From Amoebidium appalachense (taxonomy: Eukaryota; Protista; Ichthyosporea): a DNA stretch of 64,000 nt. Location of the stretch: assembly GCA_963693365.1 (NCBI GenBank), contig CAVNZM010000012.1, forward strand, positions 6,832,889 through 6,896,888. Reading direction: 5' to 3'. Position numbers and translations under genes: made by a program. Each line of letters begins with the position of its first letter. The first letter of the stretch is position 1. Positions 1-14,070 of the stretch are shown piece after piece. A model generated the notes under the pieces. That model was not told where the DNA came from. It did no database searches and saw only the letters and a list, made by a program, of their open reading frames with translations.

Positions 1-453
1 ATGTTACTATCGTCGAAAAGCCGATTACGACGCATTTATGCAACCTTAAAACACCCTGCTCACCGTTTTTTATTCTATAATTCTGATTTTTATTATTATT
101 ACTATTATTTGGTGTCACCTGATTTTGCCTTGGCCTAATGCACACTCTTTTCTGTCCGTTTTGTCCCCTCTAAATCCCATCACCTATTGATCAACGCCAT
201 ACACTTTGTCAGCCCATGGGTCTGCTGAACACCAGAATGGTAACTACGTTAGGGAGAAAATCCGGTTATATCTGGTTATGTTTCTCTTCGTTATTTCCCA
301 AAAGACATGTCCAAAATAACGGGGAAAATATATGACAATAATAGCCTTGAATGAATGGATGTTGCTAGCGGCTAGACTCTTGCTCATAGGTCGTCTTGTG
401 TTACCGACTTCACGCCTAATCTATGTTTTTAACCAATCATCAATTACATTTAG

Positions 454-516
454 GCCCGCCGCCTGCCGTTCCGCGTGAAGAGCATTTCCAGCTACTTCCA
501 GAAGAAAACGGGATGA
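454..516 (+). CDS. Possible terminal exon of a gene starting upstream of the window (ARRLPFRVKSISSYFQKKTG*)
   Basis: Preceded by an ...attacatttag acceptor (AG 452-453). It is 21 codons, mostly G/C-ending, in AT-rich surroundings and ends in TGA. It is short, so support is weak. Confidence 0.3.
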   Translation, partial: ARRLPFRVKSISSYFQKKTG

Positions 517-663
517 GCACTGGTCTACCAGCGGGCCAGTGAAATCCATGGAAAGTAGGGTCTACTGTTCCGCAATCCCAGGACACCGATCTTAAAATTC
601 AGGAACATTGCGGCCGATTGTGTGTTCTAATGAGATGATTGTGTTCATCTTTTTTTTTTTTGT

Positions 664-746
<83 letters not shown>

Positions 747-1345
747 TGTCCCTTTGGTTTTCACTTGCTTCGAGGTAGCTCTAGCCATTTTGTATGAAAA
801 TTCACAGTTTGCCCAGATGAATTATAATATAACCCATTACATGCTATACCTGCCAATTTGAAGCATGTGATGATATGTGTTCATAGTTTCAATGCTATCT
901 GGGCTACTTATTTTCGTGTTTGATTTTAGAACGAAAACATGTATGAATGAATGCGACTTGGTGCTTTTCTTTTCCCTTCACCCTCCCTGAAGCCTTATGA
1001 TGGACACAAAGTATGTCACGACTGTTGAGATGCATAGGTCGATTTACATAGGCACTTCAATGCAAAGTAATTCTAAATATACACTAGTGGTTTCCTACCT
1101 GCTAAATACTATAAATGAAAGCTAAAAAGGTAGAACAAGTTAGAAAGAAATAAGAGTTTCACTAAGTTTTCGCGAGGTGTCTAAGGAAACTTTGGGAAAC
1201 TTTGCTTCAACGGCAATAGACTCCCCCCCCCCCCCAAAAAAAAAAACACACACACATAGAGACATAGACAGACACGTGCGCACACACACATACACACATG
1301 CACGCCCACGTGCAGGCACAGACAAACACACACACACAGAGAGAG

Positions 1346-1387
<42 letters not shown>

Positions 1388-2309
1388 AGGGAGAGAGGGA
1401 TGGAGGGAGGGAGGGAGGGAGGGAGGGAGGGAGAAAGGGAGAGAGGGAGGGAGGGAGGGAGGGAGGGAAGAAGGGAGGGACAGAGATATGCACACAACAC
1501 ACTTTGTAATCAGCGGTGCTGCCATGCGTTGCTTGCCACACAGTGTATTGTCAATCAACAGCGTAAATAACCAAAGCTAACAACGGAGAACTTCAAGCTG
1601 ACCAGTGCACATCAATGATAACTGGTGGGAAGACTGAGCTCCTTCAGGCAGGTGGCCCAGGGAGTGTGGGAAATTATGCGACAGTGTCTCTGGGTGGGTT
1701 GGGTTGGGTTGGGGGATGGGAGGGGGGGAGGGGGAAGGGGGGGGGGGAGGGGGGGGGGGAGGGGGGGGGGGGGGGGGGGGGAGAAGATTCATCCGTGTCA
1801 ATCACATTCTTTATTATCATAAATTTTATAAGATGTACTGTACTTAAGGCGAAAGGTTTTTTATGGTCTCAAGTTTCCCGGCCATTCTGCAGGCACATTC
1901 CATGCTTTTACTTCCGGAAAACAAAACTTTTATTACGAATGACCCAAATAGCTCCATACTCAGAGAACTATCACACACGAAGGAGCACTCGGTTTGTCGA
2001 TAAAAAGCCCGATTCTCTATTCTACCACTTTAAGTTGTGCATGGGCTCATTTGAAAATTTTGAAGTTATAGTATTAGAACACACAGGGGGCCGGGCCCCT
2101 ACAACACGATTTTTAAGATTTTATAAATAAACCTTTGTAGCCGTGTCCAACTTAACTCAAGCTGCCACACCGGGTACTGCTACCATTCAACACGGAAAAA
2201 ACGGCCCCTTAGAAGCAGGTGCAATAACACACATGCGACTGTTGTACTGTTACACATGTATCCACCATACTAGAACTGAGCACCGTAATAATAATGATGT
2301 ACCCGATTT

Positions 2310-3587
2310 CTAGTTCCACAACGCTATGCTCACATCTTCATACTTGGGTCCGAGTGGCTTGGCAAGGGGCAGGCTTTTGCGCTTGAGACCCTTCCCGTCC
2401 TTCCCAAGCACAAGTTTGCTCAGATCCACCACCCGCAGATTCCTGATGGCGGGGGTGTTGAAGTAGTACAGCCCATGCACATGGTCTCGGGCAAAGGTGT
2501 ATGCGGTGGTCCAGTCCTGCAGCCCGCTGGCTTCGAGCTCCACAAGCCCCTTGGCCACCGTCACACGCCCAATCATGGCCGTGGCTGCGCTGATGTGGTC
2601 GTCCCGCGGGCTAGTGGGCGCAAACGAGAGCTCACTGTTTTCTGTGCCCAGCACCCACTCCCCATTATTGCGCACACCCAACTCCTGCAGCATGGCAACG
2701 TGCGCAAACCGGTTGCTTGGCGTGAACCCCCCCGACGTGCGCAGAACTTCGGCAATGGTGGCGTTTGGGACAGTGGAGATGTCTTCATACTCGATACCTC
2801 CGAGGCGGCCGGTCAGGTTGGAAAGCATTTGCTCAAAGTTGGGTTCGTTGGTCATCACCTTCACCACGTTGTCGTAAACGCACACACGGGCACCCGCCTG
2901 CTCGGCGTAATTGTGCATGGGCTCAGGTGAGTTGAAGCACAGCGGGGCGAAAGAGGAGAAGTTTGCGCCAATAAACTCGACCACCAGCGACTTTCCTGCG
3001 CGGTCGTGGAACTGCAAGTGGGAGCCGTAAGTCCCACCCGGCATCAGATCCAGGGCAGGGGAGGACCCCTCGACCACTTGGTGTGCGGCGAGTTCTTTCT
3101 TAACACAGTCGACAGTGTCGCACATGGCGAGCATGTAGGTGATGAGGCTGTAGGAGGCCAGGGCAGGCCGGGTGTCTTCCTTGACGTGCTTTGGGTACAA
3201 GGTGCCATAGGGGCTAAGGAGCTCCTGGAAGGCCCCAGACAGACCGGCAGTGTTCAGGCCGTCAATGGCTGCACGGGTGTCGTTGAGGGTGTCGGCGTAG
3301 ACAAGCCCGTACTTTGCTGTGACGTTTGTAATGGCGCAATTATTGCAGTCCTTGCCGCCCATAAGCTCCACCACTGTGCCCTCAGGGACGGCGTGCAGGT
3401 TGGCGTGTAGGTCCGGGTGGCCAAAGTCGACTGTGCGTGCAGACACCGTGTACGAGGTGCTTTGGTCGCTGGTGATTGGGTAGCGCAGCAGGAAGTCGGT
3501 GCATGCTTCAACAGACGGCGTCAACAGCAGAGCCGTGGCACCGGCAAGAAGGAGAATAGAGTTCATCTTAAGAGTTTGGCATGCCAT
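2310..3587 (-). CDS. Secreted choloylglycine hydrolase / penicillin V acylase family Ntn-hydrolase, copy 1 (intronless)
   Basis: Signal peptide MNSILLLAGATALLLTPSVEA is followed directly by the N-terminal nucleophile Cys (CTDF, 3503-3501). Family motifs: ARTVDF, DGLNTAGLS, HDRAGKSLVVEF, VMTNEP, TPSNRF, DWTTAY...YYFNT. Likely start is ATG 3587 or 3566, not 3719. Confidence 0.9.
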   Translation of the reverse strand: MACQTLKMNSILLLAGATALLLTPSVEACTDFLLRYPITSDQSTSYTVSARTVDFGHPDLHANLHAVPEGTVVELMGGKDCNNCAITNVTAKYGLVYADTLNDTRAAIDGLNTAGLSGAFQELLSPYGTLYPKHVKEDTRPALASYSLITYMLAMCDTVDCVKKELAAHQVVEGSSPALDLMPGGTYGSHLQFHDRAGKSLVVEFIGANFSSFAPLCFNSPEPMHNYAEQAGARVCVYDNVVKVMTNEPNFEQMLSNLTGRLGGIEYEDISTVPNATIAEVLRTSGGFTPSNRFAHVAMLQELGVRNNGEWVLGTENSELSFAPTSPRDDHISAATAMIGRVTVAKGLVELEASGLQDWTTAYTFARDHVHGLYYFNTPAIRNLRVVDLSKLVLGKDGKGLKRKSLPLAKPLGPKYEDVSIALWN

Positions 3588-3700
3588 TTTACACAGCCTA
3601 CGCGAGCAATGGGTGCGATGTAGGTCCCAAGTAGTGATGTGTATGTTGATGATCAAGTCGCTGTAGATGATGATATGAACACAGGACACCAGCGGTGCCG

Positions 3701-3710
3701 AATTTATATA
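3701..3710 (-). promoter_or_regulatory. TATA-box candidate for hydrolase copy 1
   Basis: TATATAAATT on the minus strand ~115 bp upstream of ATG 3587; identical in copy 2. Confidence 0.45.
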
Positions 3711-4532
3711 CCCGGCCATCAGATTGCATAGTTGATTCCGATTGGATGAAAACTAGGCTCGGAATTCGGAATTCACGGGCCGACGGACGGAAGTTCCGAA
3801 GGACGAAAGCGCAGTGCGACAGCAGCGCAGGCCAGAAGGAAATATAGGAAGGGCGCAGGAGTAGGGATATGCATCAAAGAAGAAAGAGAGCGTATAGAAT
3901 TCAATGAAGTTGACAACATGCCTATTTTTTATATGGCTGATGCATTTTTCTTATAACAGAACCACCCTCATGCTGCATTTTGTGTGATCGATATGTTTGT
4001 TTACATACAACCGCCAATCAGCTTGTGGAAAACAGATCAGCCAATCGAAAAATCACACAGCTACCTTTCCGCGCGCATGATTGTCCGCGCACAAGATTTC
4101 ATATACGAAAAATTTGACGAATAAGGACCCCCCCTTCCCCCCGGAGGGGTGATTTCCCTAAGGTTAGCTAATATACTGCTTCTGTTTCCCCTAAATCATA
4201 GCATCAGAATCAGCAATATCACCGTAGTACATCTAGTTCTCCAACTGATCGAGGGTGTTGGACAAGCTTGTGTATCACAAGAAAAAGTAACAAATTGAAA
4301 ACCTTTCCTTGGCAAAGACTCCGAGCCCCCCCCCCCCCCCCCCCTCTCAAAGTGCACACACCTGGCCCATCGGTCTCCCCTCCCCCTCTCCTTCTTTCTC
4401 ACACTAACGCACGCACGCACCAGGTCGCGCATGCACGCGCTCACACACGACCACACCCTCACACCCCGGCACATATGTCCATAAGCTCACAGCTCTCACG
4501 CATACACGCACGCACGCACACACACACACACA

Positions 4533-4656
<124 letters not shown>

Positions 4657-4668
4657 ACATAGAATCGC

Positions 4669-4741
<73 letters not shown>

Positions 4742-4795
4742 GTCACACACACACACACACACACACACGCACGCACACACACACATACACACACA

Positions 4796-4873
<78 letters not shown>

Positions 4874-6286
4874 GTCACACACACACACACACACATGTAC
4901 ACACACACACACACACACACACATGTACACACACAAGCCGCAACACTCTCACTGTGCCACTCACAGTTTTCTCTGACTTGAGACACACACACACACCCCA
5001 CGACTCATTCTTCTTGTTTCAAATAATTCCATTTTCAAATTTCGAAACCAAGGCATCTCCCGTTCCGATTAAACAATGGAGGAGCCTAAAGAAAAAATAT
5101 ACTCTGCGAGCATATATATATGATGTGTATATCTTTTAATAGCTCGACGGTTGGAATGGCTAAAGTTGAGAGCCCCCCCCCCCCCCCCCCCCCCCCCCTA
5201 CTCGAGGCCTCCCCCTCCCCCCAGCTCGAGGCCTCCCCCCTCCCCCCCCCCCCTGGCCCTCCCCCATCCCTTGTGAAGTCAAATAACTCTATAATATACA
5301 TCATGTACATAGATAAGATAGTTGTCGCTAAGGCTAATCCTTCCCCCCCCCCGCCCCCCCCTCCACCACTCCCCCCTCTTTCCAAATGATCGAAAAAAAA
5401 GCCTGATCTAGAAGTGGTGGCAAATAAACGCACTAAGATATGTATGACTGGACACGTATGATACGTGGTAATCGAACAGTTATGCCGCATCTAAAACATG
5501 TCCCCGTGCTTTTTATAAAAATGAAACTAAAAATATGTTCACTTATATAGCTGGGACCAATAACAGAGGCAATGAAGTAACTGTTCATTAATAGTACTGC
5601 TTCTACCCTCCACAGCTCACAGCAGCTGGTTTCAAAGCCTTCCTGTTGGTTAAAATGCAAACACACCGTTTCGATTATCTACAAAAAATTAAGGTAGGCC
5701 TAGGTAAATGTAACTTTAAGATGAGCCCTTACCAACACACTTTAGTTACCGGGCCATCCCCCTTCTGCATAATCGGGGTGCAGAAAGCATGCACGAGTCT
5801 TTTCTGGGCCTTGCTGCGGTTTTTAGACGCATACTTGAAAGTTTTCGCAACTGCCTGTGGGATCACTTTTCCAGCCCCCGCGTTTTGCCCCGTCACACGA
5901 AGACTGTCATGGTCAACAACAACGTGGGGGCGGAAATGGAACGTCCGCAGGGTGGGTGCACGAGGCGGAAAGATCAAAAGGAGTGGGTTTGGGGGGGGGG
6001 GGGGGGGGGGGGGGGGGGTTGCGGGGGGAAGGGGTGGGTTAGATTAGGGGGGGGACGGGGGGCCGCGGGGGGGGGGGGGGGGGGGGGATGAGGGCTGGGC
6101 GGAGGGGGAGAAGGGGTTGGAGTGGGGAGGGGATGGGTGCCTGAGGGTAGGGGGGGAGGGGAAAGGGGGGGGGGGGGGGGGGTATTTTTTACTGCATTGC
6201 TTTCGGAATGGCTGTCTTTTGTGAGGTGAAGGAGGGAGGGTAGAAGTTTGGACGGAGAAGACGGGACGAGTGGGATGAGGAGGAGG

Positions 6287-6348
<62 letters not shown>

Positions 6349-6598
6349 CAGATGAATGGAATGGGAGTGTATACGAATGCCGGAGCGGGAAAAGAGAGGC
6401 AATTTCCTATGGGTTTGTACACTTTCAAATCGGGCTGATCACTTTCGTGCCTGACATTTTCAAGATATTTGTGCAACAGTGTGCCACTGGTGTGCATATT
6501 AGCGGAGGCAAGGAAGGGGCTTGGAAAGGGGCCGTGCAGGGGTTGGGACTCGAGAAGAAACATCCCAGATGCAATTGAGGGGTACAGTGTGTGTGTGG

Positions 6599-6675
<77 letters not shown>

Positions 6676-6694
6676 CGGGCTCATGCACGCCCGC

Positions 6695-6725
<31 letters not shown>

Positions 6726-6998
6726 TGTGTGTGCGTGTGCGTGGGCGTGGGCATGGACGTGTCCGTGTGTGTGTGTGTGTGTGTGCATGCGCGTGTGCAT
6801 GTGTGTGTGCATGTGCGTGTGCGTGTGTGTGTGCGCGCGCGTGTGTGTGTGTGTGTGTTAGGGGGGGGAAGGGGGTGGGAGGGGAGGGGGAGATCGAAGA
6901 GGAAGGAGGGAGTTGGTATTGGGAAAGCCTCCTTCCATGTCAGGAGCGAGAAGTTTCGTTGATCGATACTGTGCCTGCAAAACGTCATAAAGGAGGGG

Positions 6999-7041
<43 letters not shown>

Positions 7042-7257
7042 ATACATTGTACGAACCGGGCCAATCCTATTGCGTAGATGTATACACGGCATTCCTCTCC
7101 TTCAGCTTAGACTCGAGCCGCTTGAAGTATGTGCCCTGTGCGTAGTGTTCTTTGGGAATGGTAGGGCCGTCACACGTGCTCACGTTGCACGCAGGGTCAT
7201 TTGGGCAGAAAACACAAGCTCTCTCTCTCTCTCTCTCTCTCCCCCTCTCTGCTTCCC

Positions 7258-7298
<41 letters not shown>

Positions 7299-7443
7299 CC
7301 TCCCTCCCTCCCACCCTCTCTCCCTCTCTCTTTCTCCCCCCTTCCCCCCCCCTCCCCCCCTCCCCCCCCCCTCTCTCTCTGTCCCTCTCTCTCTCCCTCT
7401 CCCTCTCCCTCTGTCTCTCTCTCTCCCATTCTCTCTCTCTCTC

Positions 7444-7492
<49 letters not shown>

Positions 7493-7683
7493 CCCCCCCT
7501 CCCTCCCCCTCCCTCTCTCTATCTCTCTCTCTGCCCCTCTCTCTCTCCTTCTCTCTCTCTCCCTCCCTCCCTCCCTCTCTCCCTCCCTCCCTCCCTCCCT
7601 CCCTCCCTCCCTCTCTCTTTCTCTCTCTCTGTCCCTCTCTCTCTCCCTCCCTCTCTCCCTCTCTTTCTCCCTCCCCCCTCTCT

Positions 7684-7731
<48 letters not shown>

Positions 7732-7948
7732 CCCCCCCCGGCCTGTCTCTCCTGCCCCGCCCCCCTCTCTCTTTCTCTCTCTCCCCTCTCCCCTCTCTCT
7801 CTCCCTCTCTCTACCTCTCCCCCACCCCAATCTTTTTCTCCCCGAGTCTCTCTCCCTCTCTCCCCCCCTCCCCCCTCCTGAGTCCCCTCCCTCTTTTCCT
7901 CCCCGCTCCCCATTATGCATCCATCCGGGCTTTTGTGGCACTGCTGAG

Positions 7949-7980
<32 letters not shown>

Positions 7981-8733
7981 TCTCCAGAAAAAAAAAAAAA
8001 AAAAAAGAGGTCTACCGCTGTGCACTGATAAGTTTTAACAGTAGGATGTCAAGGAGGATTTATGCGACTACATTGTTCAAAGACGAAAAGAGCTCAATGC
8101 GCACACACTGGAGAGCTTCTGCCCGTTGTTGCGGGCAGAAACCAAGTGAATGGCATAAGCCTTTGTGAGGTGACACGGGATTCGGGAATTGAAAAATCAC
8201 ATAGATTGTATAGAAAGTGGCGGCATTTGACCCGGTACCTGTTTTGGGCGGTGAGGATGAAACGTATGGGGCACAGACTGAGATGGAAGAGAGAGGGGAG
8301 CTCGGGAAGGGGGGGGGGGGGGGGGAGGAGGGGGGTGGAGAAGTGGGAGGAAGAAAAACCCCGGTGGAGGGGGGGGGGGGGGGGGGGGAGGGGGGATGCA
8401 ATAATTTCATCATCGGATCATTTAGGGCCGAGAATCATTTTACCAATCACCATCTATAAATGCAATTGCACCGCTAGAAGCGAGTCTTTATTTTAAATTT
8501 TAAAGTTTATTTTATGCAACATTACTTCAACCGTTTTGTAAAAGGACTGCAGCACGTAGTACACACTGTATTGTCTACAACACATTTTTTGAACCCAGGT
8601 CAATTTCCCCTTTTGCTACAGGGTACTATTGGAATGACTAGCATTCAACCTCGGCTATAGGATCGGTTCACGTTTGCATTTCCTGCTACATACTATATGA
8701 TATGCCATGTACGTATACTGATCGAGTGTCTAT

Positions 8734-10011
8734 CTATTCCCACAATGCCATGCTCACATCTTGATACTTGGGTCCGAGTGGCTTGGCAAGGGGCAGGCTT
8801 TTGCGCTTGAGACCCTTCCCGTCCTTCCCAAGCACAAGTTTGCTCAGATCCACCACCCGCAGATTCCTGATGGCGGGGGTGTTGAAGTAGTACAGCCCAT
8901 GCACATGGTCTCGGGCAAAGGTGTATGCGGTGGTCCAGTCCTGCAGCCCGCTGGCTTCGAGCTCCACAAGCCCCTTGGCCACCGTCACACGCCCAATCAT
9001 GGCCGTGGCTGCGCTGATGTGGTCGTCCCGCGGGCTAGTGGGCGCAAACGAGAGCTCACTGTTTTCTGTGCCCAGCACCCACTCCCCATTATTGCGCACA
9101 CCCAACTCCTGCAGCATGGCAACGTGCGCAAACCGGTTGCTTGGCGTGAACCCCCCCGACGTGCGCAGAACTTCGGCAATGGTGGCGTTTGGGACAGTGG
9201 AGATGTCTTCATACTCGATACCTCCGAGGCGGCCGGTCAGGTTGGAAAGCATTTGCTCAAAGTTGGGTTCGTTGGTCATCACCTTCACCACGTTGTCGTA
9301 AACGCACACACGGGCACCCGCCTGCTCGGCGTAATTGTGCATGGGCTCAGGTGAGTTGAAGCACAGCGGGGCGAAAGAGGAGAAGTTTGCGCCAATAAAC
9401 TCGACCACCAGCGACTTTCCTGCGCGGTCGTGGAACTGCAAGTGGGAGCCGTAAGTCCCACCCGGCATCAGATCCAGGGCAGGGGAGGACCCCTCGACCA
9501 CTTGGTGTGCGGCGAGTTCTTTCTTGACACAGTCGACAGTGTCGCACATGGCGAGCATGTAGGTGATGAGGCTGTAGGAGGCCAGGGCAGGCCGGGTGTC
9601 TTCCTTGACGTGCTTTGGGTACAAGGTGCCATAGGGGCTAAGGAGCTCCTGGAAGGCCCCAGACAGACCGGCAGTGTTCAGGCCGTCAATGGCTGCACGG
9701 GTGTCGTTGAGGGTGTCGGCGTAGACAAGCCCGTACTTTGCTGTGACGTTTGTAATGGCGCAATTATTGCAGTCCTTGCCGCCCATAAGCTCCACCACTG
9801 TGCCCTCAGGGACGGCGTGCAGGTTGGCGTGTAGGTCCGGGTGGCCAAAGTCGACTGTGCGTGCAGACACCGTGTACGAGGTGCTTTGGTCGCTGGTGAT
9901 TGGGTAGCGCAGCAGGAAGTCGGTGCATGCTTCAACAGACGGCGTCAACAGCAGAGCCGTGGCACCGGCAAGAAGGAGAATAGAGTTCATCTTAAGAGTT
10001 TGGCATGCCAT
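8734..10011 (-). CDS. Secreted choloylglycine hydrolase / penicillin V acylase family Ntn-hydrolase, copy 2 (intronless)
   Basis: Protein identical to copy 1 except the C-terminus (KYQDVSMALWE vs KYEDVSIALWN). Start is ATG 10011 or 9990. Confidence 0.9.
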   Translation of the reverse strand: MACQTLKMNSILLLAGATALLLTPSVEACTDFLLRYPITSDQSTSYTVSARTVDFGHPDLHANLHAVPEGTVVELMGGKDCNNCAITNVTAKYGLVYADTLNDTRAAIDGLNTAGLSGAFQELLSPYGTLYPKHVKEDTRPALASYSLITYMLAMCDTVDCVKKELAAHQVVEGSSPALDLMPGGTYGSHLQFHDRAGKSLVVEFIGANFSSFAPLCFNSPEPMHNYAEQAGARVCVYDNVVKVMTNEPNFEQMLSNLTGRLGGIEYEDISTVPNATIAEVLRTSGGFTPSNRFAHVAMLQELGVRNNGEWVLGTENSELSFAPTSPRDDHISAATAMIGRVTVAKGLVELEASGLQDWTTAYTFARDHVHGLYYFNTPAIRNLRVVDLSKLVLGKDGKGLKRKSLPLAKPLGPKYQDVSMALWE

Positions 10012-10124
10012 TTTACACAGCCTACGCGAGCAATGGGTGCGATGTAGGTCCCAAGTAGTGATGTGTATGTTGATGATCAAGTCGCTGTAGATGATGATAT
10101 GAACACAGGACACCAGCGGTGCCG

Positions 10125-10134
10125 AATTTATATA
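10125..10134 (-). promoter_or_regulatory. TATA-box candidate for hydrolase copy 2
   Basis: TATATAAATT at the same position relative to the ATG as in copy 1. Confidence 0.45.
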
Positions 10135-10925
10135 CCCGGCCATCAGATTGCATAGTTGATTCCGATTGGATGAAAACTAGGCTCGGAATTCGGAATTCAC
10201 GGGCCGACGGACGGAAGTTCCGAAGGACGAAAGCGCAGTGCGACAGCAGCGCAGGCCAGAAGGAAAAATAGGAAGGGCGCAGGAGTTGGGATATGCATCA
10301 AAGAAGCAAGAGAGCGTATAGAATTCAATGAAGTTGAAAACATGCCTATTTTTTATATGGCTGATGCATTTTTCTTATAACAGAACCACCCTCATGCTGC
10401 ATTTTGTGTGATCGATATGCTTGTGTTACATACAACCGCTTGTGGAAAAACAGATCAGCCAATCGGAAAATCACACAGCTACCTGTCCGCGCGCAAGATT
10501 GTCCGCGCACAAGATTTCATATACGAAAAATTCCCCCCTTCCCCCCCGGGGGGGGTGATTTCCCGAAGGTTAGTTAATATACTGCTTCTGTTTCCCCTGA
10601 ATCATAGCTTCAGAATCAGCAATATCACCGTAGTACATCTAGTTCTCCAACTGATCGAGGGTGGTGGACAAGCTTGTGTATCACAAGAAAAAGTAACAAA
10701 TTGAAAACCTTTCCTTGGCAAAGACTCCGAGCCCCCCCCCCCCCCCCCCCCCCCACAAAGTGCACACACCCGGCGCATCGGTCTCCCCTCCCTCTCTCCT
10801 TCTTTCTCACACTAACGCACGCACGCACCGGGTCGCGCATGCACACGCTCACACACGACCACACCCTCACACCCCGGCACATATGTGCATGCGCGCACAG
10901 CTCTCACGCACACACGCACACGCAC

Positions 10926-11012
<87 letters not shown>

Positions 11013-11061
11013 TGAGTAACATAGAATCGCACACGCACGCACACACACACACACATACACA

Positions 11062-11270
<209 letters not shown>

Positions 11271-12654
11271 GTCACACACACACATGTACACACACAAGCC
11301 GCAACACTCACTGTGCCACTCACAGTTTTCTCTGACTTGAGACACACACACACACCCCACGACTCATTCTTCTTGTTTCAAATAAATCCATTTTCAAATT
11401 TCGAAACCAAGGCATATCCGTGCCGATTACACAATGGAGGAGCATAAAGAAAAAATATACTCTGCGAGCATATATATATGTTGGGTATATCTTTTAATAG
11501 CTCGACGGTTGGAATGGCTAAAGTTGAGAGCCATGCCCCCCCCCCCCCCCCCCTGCTCGAGGCCTCCCCCTCCCCCCCAGCTCGAGGCCTCCCCCCCTCC
11601 CCCCCCCCCCCTGGCCCTCCCCCATCCCTTGTGAAGTCAAATAACTCTATAATATACATCATGTACATAGATAAGATAGTTGTCGCTAAGGCTAATCCTT
11701 CCCCCTCTCCCCCCCCCCTCCAACACTCCCCCCCTCTTTCCAAATGATCGAAAAAAAGCCTGATCTAGAAGTGGTGGCAAATAAACTCACTAAGATATGT
11801 ATGACTGGACACGTACATACGTGGTAATCGAACAGTTATGCCGCATCTAAAACATGTCCCCGTGCTTTTTATAAAAATGAAACTAAAAATATGTTCACTT
11901 ATATAGCTGGGACCAATAACAGAGGCAATGAAGTAACTGTTCATTAATAGTACTGCTTCTACCCTCCACAGCTCACAGCAGCTGGTTTCAAAGCCTTCCT
12001 GTTGGTTAAAATGCAAACACACCGTTTCGATTATCTACAAAAAATTAAGGTAGGCCTAGGTAAATGTAACTTTAAGATGAGCCCTTACCAACACACTTTA
12101 GTTACCGGGCCATCCCCCTTCTGCATAATCGGGGTGCAGAAAGCATGCACGAGTCTTTTCTGGGCCTTGCTGCGGTTTTTAGACGCATACTTGAAAGTTT
12201 TCACAACTGCCTGTGGGGTCACTTTTCTAGCCCCCGCGTTTTGCCCCGTCACACGAAGACTGTCATGATCAACAACAACGTGGGGGCGGAAATGGAACGT
12301 CCGCAGGGTGGGTGCACGAGGCGGAAAGATCAAAAGGAGTGGGTTTGGGGGGGGGAGGGGGGGGTTGCGGGGGGAAGGGGGTGGGTTAGATTAGGGGGGG
12401 GGGATGGGGGGCCGCGGGGGGGGGGGGGGGGGAGAGATGAGGGCTGGGCGGAGGAGGAGAAGGGGTTGGAGTGGGAGGGGATGGGTGCCTGAGGGTAGGG
12501 GGGGAGGGGAAAGAGGGGGGGGGGGGGGGGGGGAGGGGGGGGGTATTTTTTACTGCATTGCTTTCGGAATGGCTGTCTTTTGTGAGGTGAAGGAGGGAGG
12601 GTAGAAGTTTGGACGGAGAAGACGGGACGAGTGGGATGAGGGAGGGAGGGGGGG

Positions 12655-12697
<43 letters not shown>

Positions 12698-12946
12698 CAG
12701 ATGAATGGGATGGGAGTGTATACGAATGCCGGAGCGGGAAAAGAGAGGCAATTTCCTATGGGTTTGTACACTTTCAAATCGGGCTGATCACTTTCGTGCC
12801 TGACATTTTCAAGATATTTGTGCAACAGTGTGCCACTGGTGTGCATATTAGCGGAGGCAAGGAAGGGGCTTGGAAAGGGGCCGTGCAGGGGTTGGGACTC
12901 GAGAAGAAACATCCCAGATGCATTGAGGGGTACAGTGTGTGTGTGG

Positions 12947-12995
<49 letters not shown>

Positions 12996-13531
12996 CGCGC
13001 ACGCACGCGCACATGCACGGGGGCACATGCACGCCCGCGCGTGCGTGCGTGTGTGCGTGCGTGTACGTGTGCATGGGCGTGGGCATGGACGTGTCCGTGT
13101 GTGTGTGTGTGTGCGTGCGCGTGTGCATGTGAGTGTGCATGTTCGTGTGCGTGTGGGTGTGCGCGTGCGTGTGTGTGTGTGTGTGTTAGGGGGGGGAAGG
13201 GGGTGGGGGGGGGGGAGGGGGAGATCGAAGAGGAAGGAGGGAGTTGGTATTGGGAAAGCCTCCTTCCATGTCAGGAGCGAGAAGTTTCGTTGATCGATAC
13301 TGTGCCTGCAAAACGTCATAAAGGAGGGGGGGAGGGGGGGGGGGGGGGGGGGGGGGGTATACATTGTACGAACCGGGCCAATCCTATTGCGTAGATGTAT
13401 ACACGGCATTCCTCTCCTTCAGCTTAGACTCGAACCGCTTGAAGTATGTGCCCTGTGCGTAGTGTTCTTTGGGAATGGTAGGGCCGTCACACGTACTCAC
13501 GTTGCACGCAGGGTCATATGGGCAGAAAACA

Positions 13532-13562
<31 letters not shown>

Positions 13563-13578
13563 CCCCTCTCTCCTTTCC

Positions 13579-13614
<36 letters not shown>

Positions 13615-13736
13615 CCCCCTCCCTCCCTTCCTCCCTCTCTCCCTCTCTCTTTCTCCCTCCCTCCCCCCTCCCCCCTCCCCCCTCTCTCTCTCTCTGTCCC
13701 TCTCTCTCTCCCTCTCCCTCTCTCTCTCTCTCTCCT

Positions 13737-13806
<70 letters not shown>

Positions 13807-14036
13807 CCCCCCTCTCTATCTCTCTATCTCTCTCTCTGCCCCTCTCTGTCCCCCCCCTCTCTCTCTCCCTCCCTCCCTCCCTCCCTCCCTCCCTCCCTCC
13901 CTCCCTCTCTCCCTCTCTCTCTCTCTCTTCCTCCCTCCCTCCCTCCCTCCCTCCCTCCCTCCCTCTCTCTTTCTCTCTCTCTGTCCCTCTCTCTCTCCCT
14001 CTCTCCTTCCCCCCTCTCTCTCTCCCTCTCTCTCTC

Positions 14037-14070
<34 letters not shown>

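Noticed and set aside
2475-3410. Plus-strand ORFs antisense to the hydrolase (and their equivalents at 8761-9834)
   Set aside because: Shadow ORFs of a GC-rich coding strand.
3588-3719. 44-aa N-terminal extension of the 469-aa hydrolase ORFs (also 10012-10143)
   Set aside because: It overlaps the TATA-like box and would bury the signal peptide; more likely promoter and 5' UTR.
5081-5990. Unique-looking blocks in the duplicated unit as a transposon or gene
   Set aside because: I could not identify a transposase-like ORF, convincing terminal repeats or a coherent exon chain.
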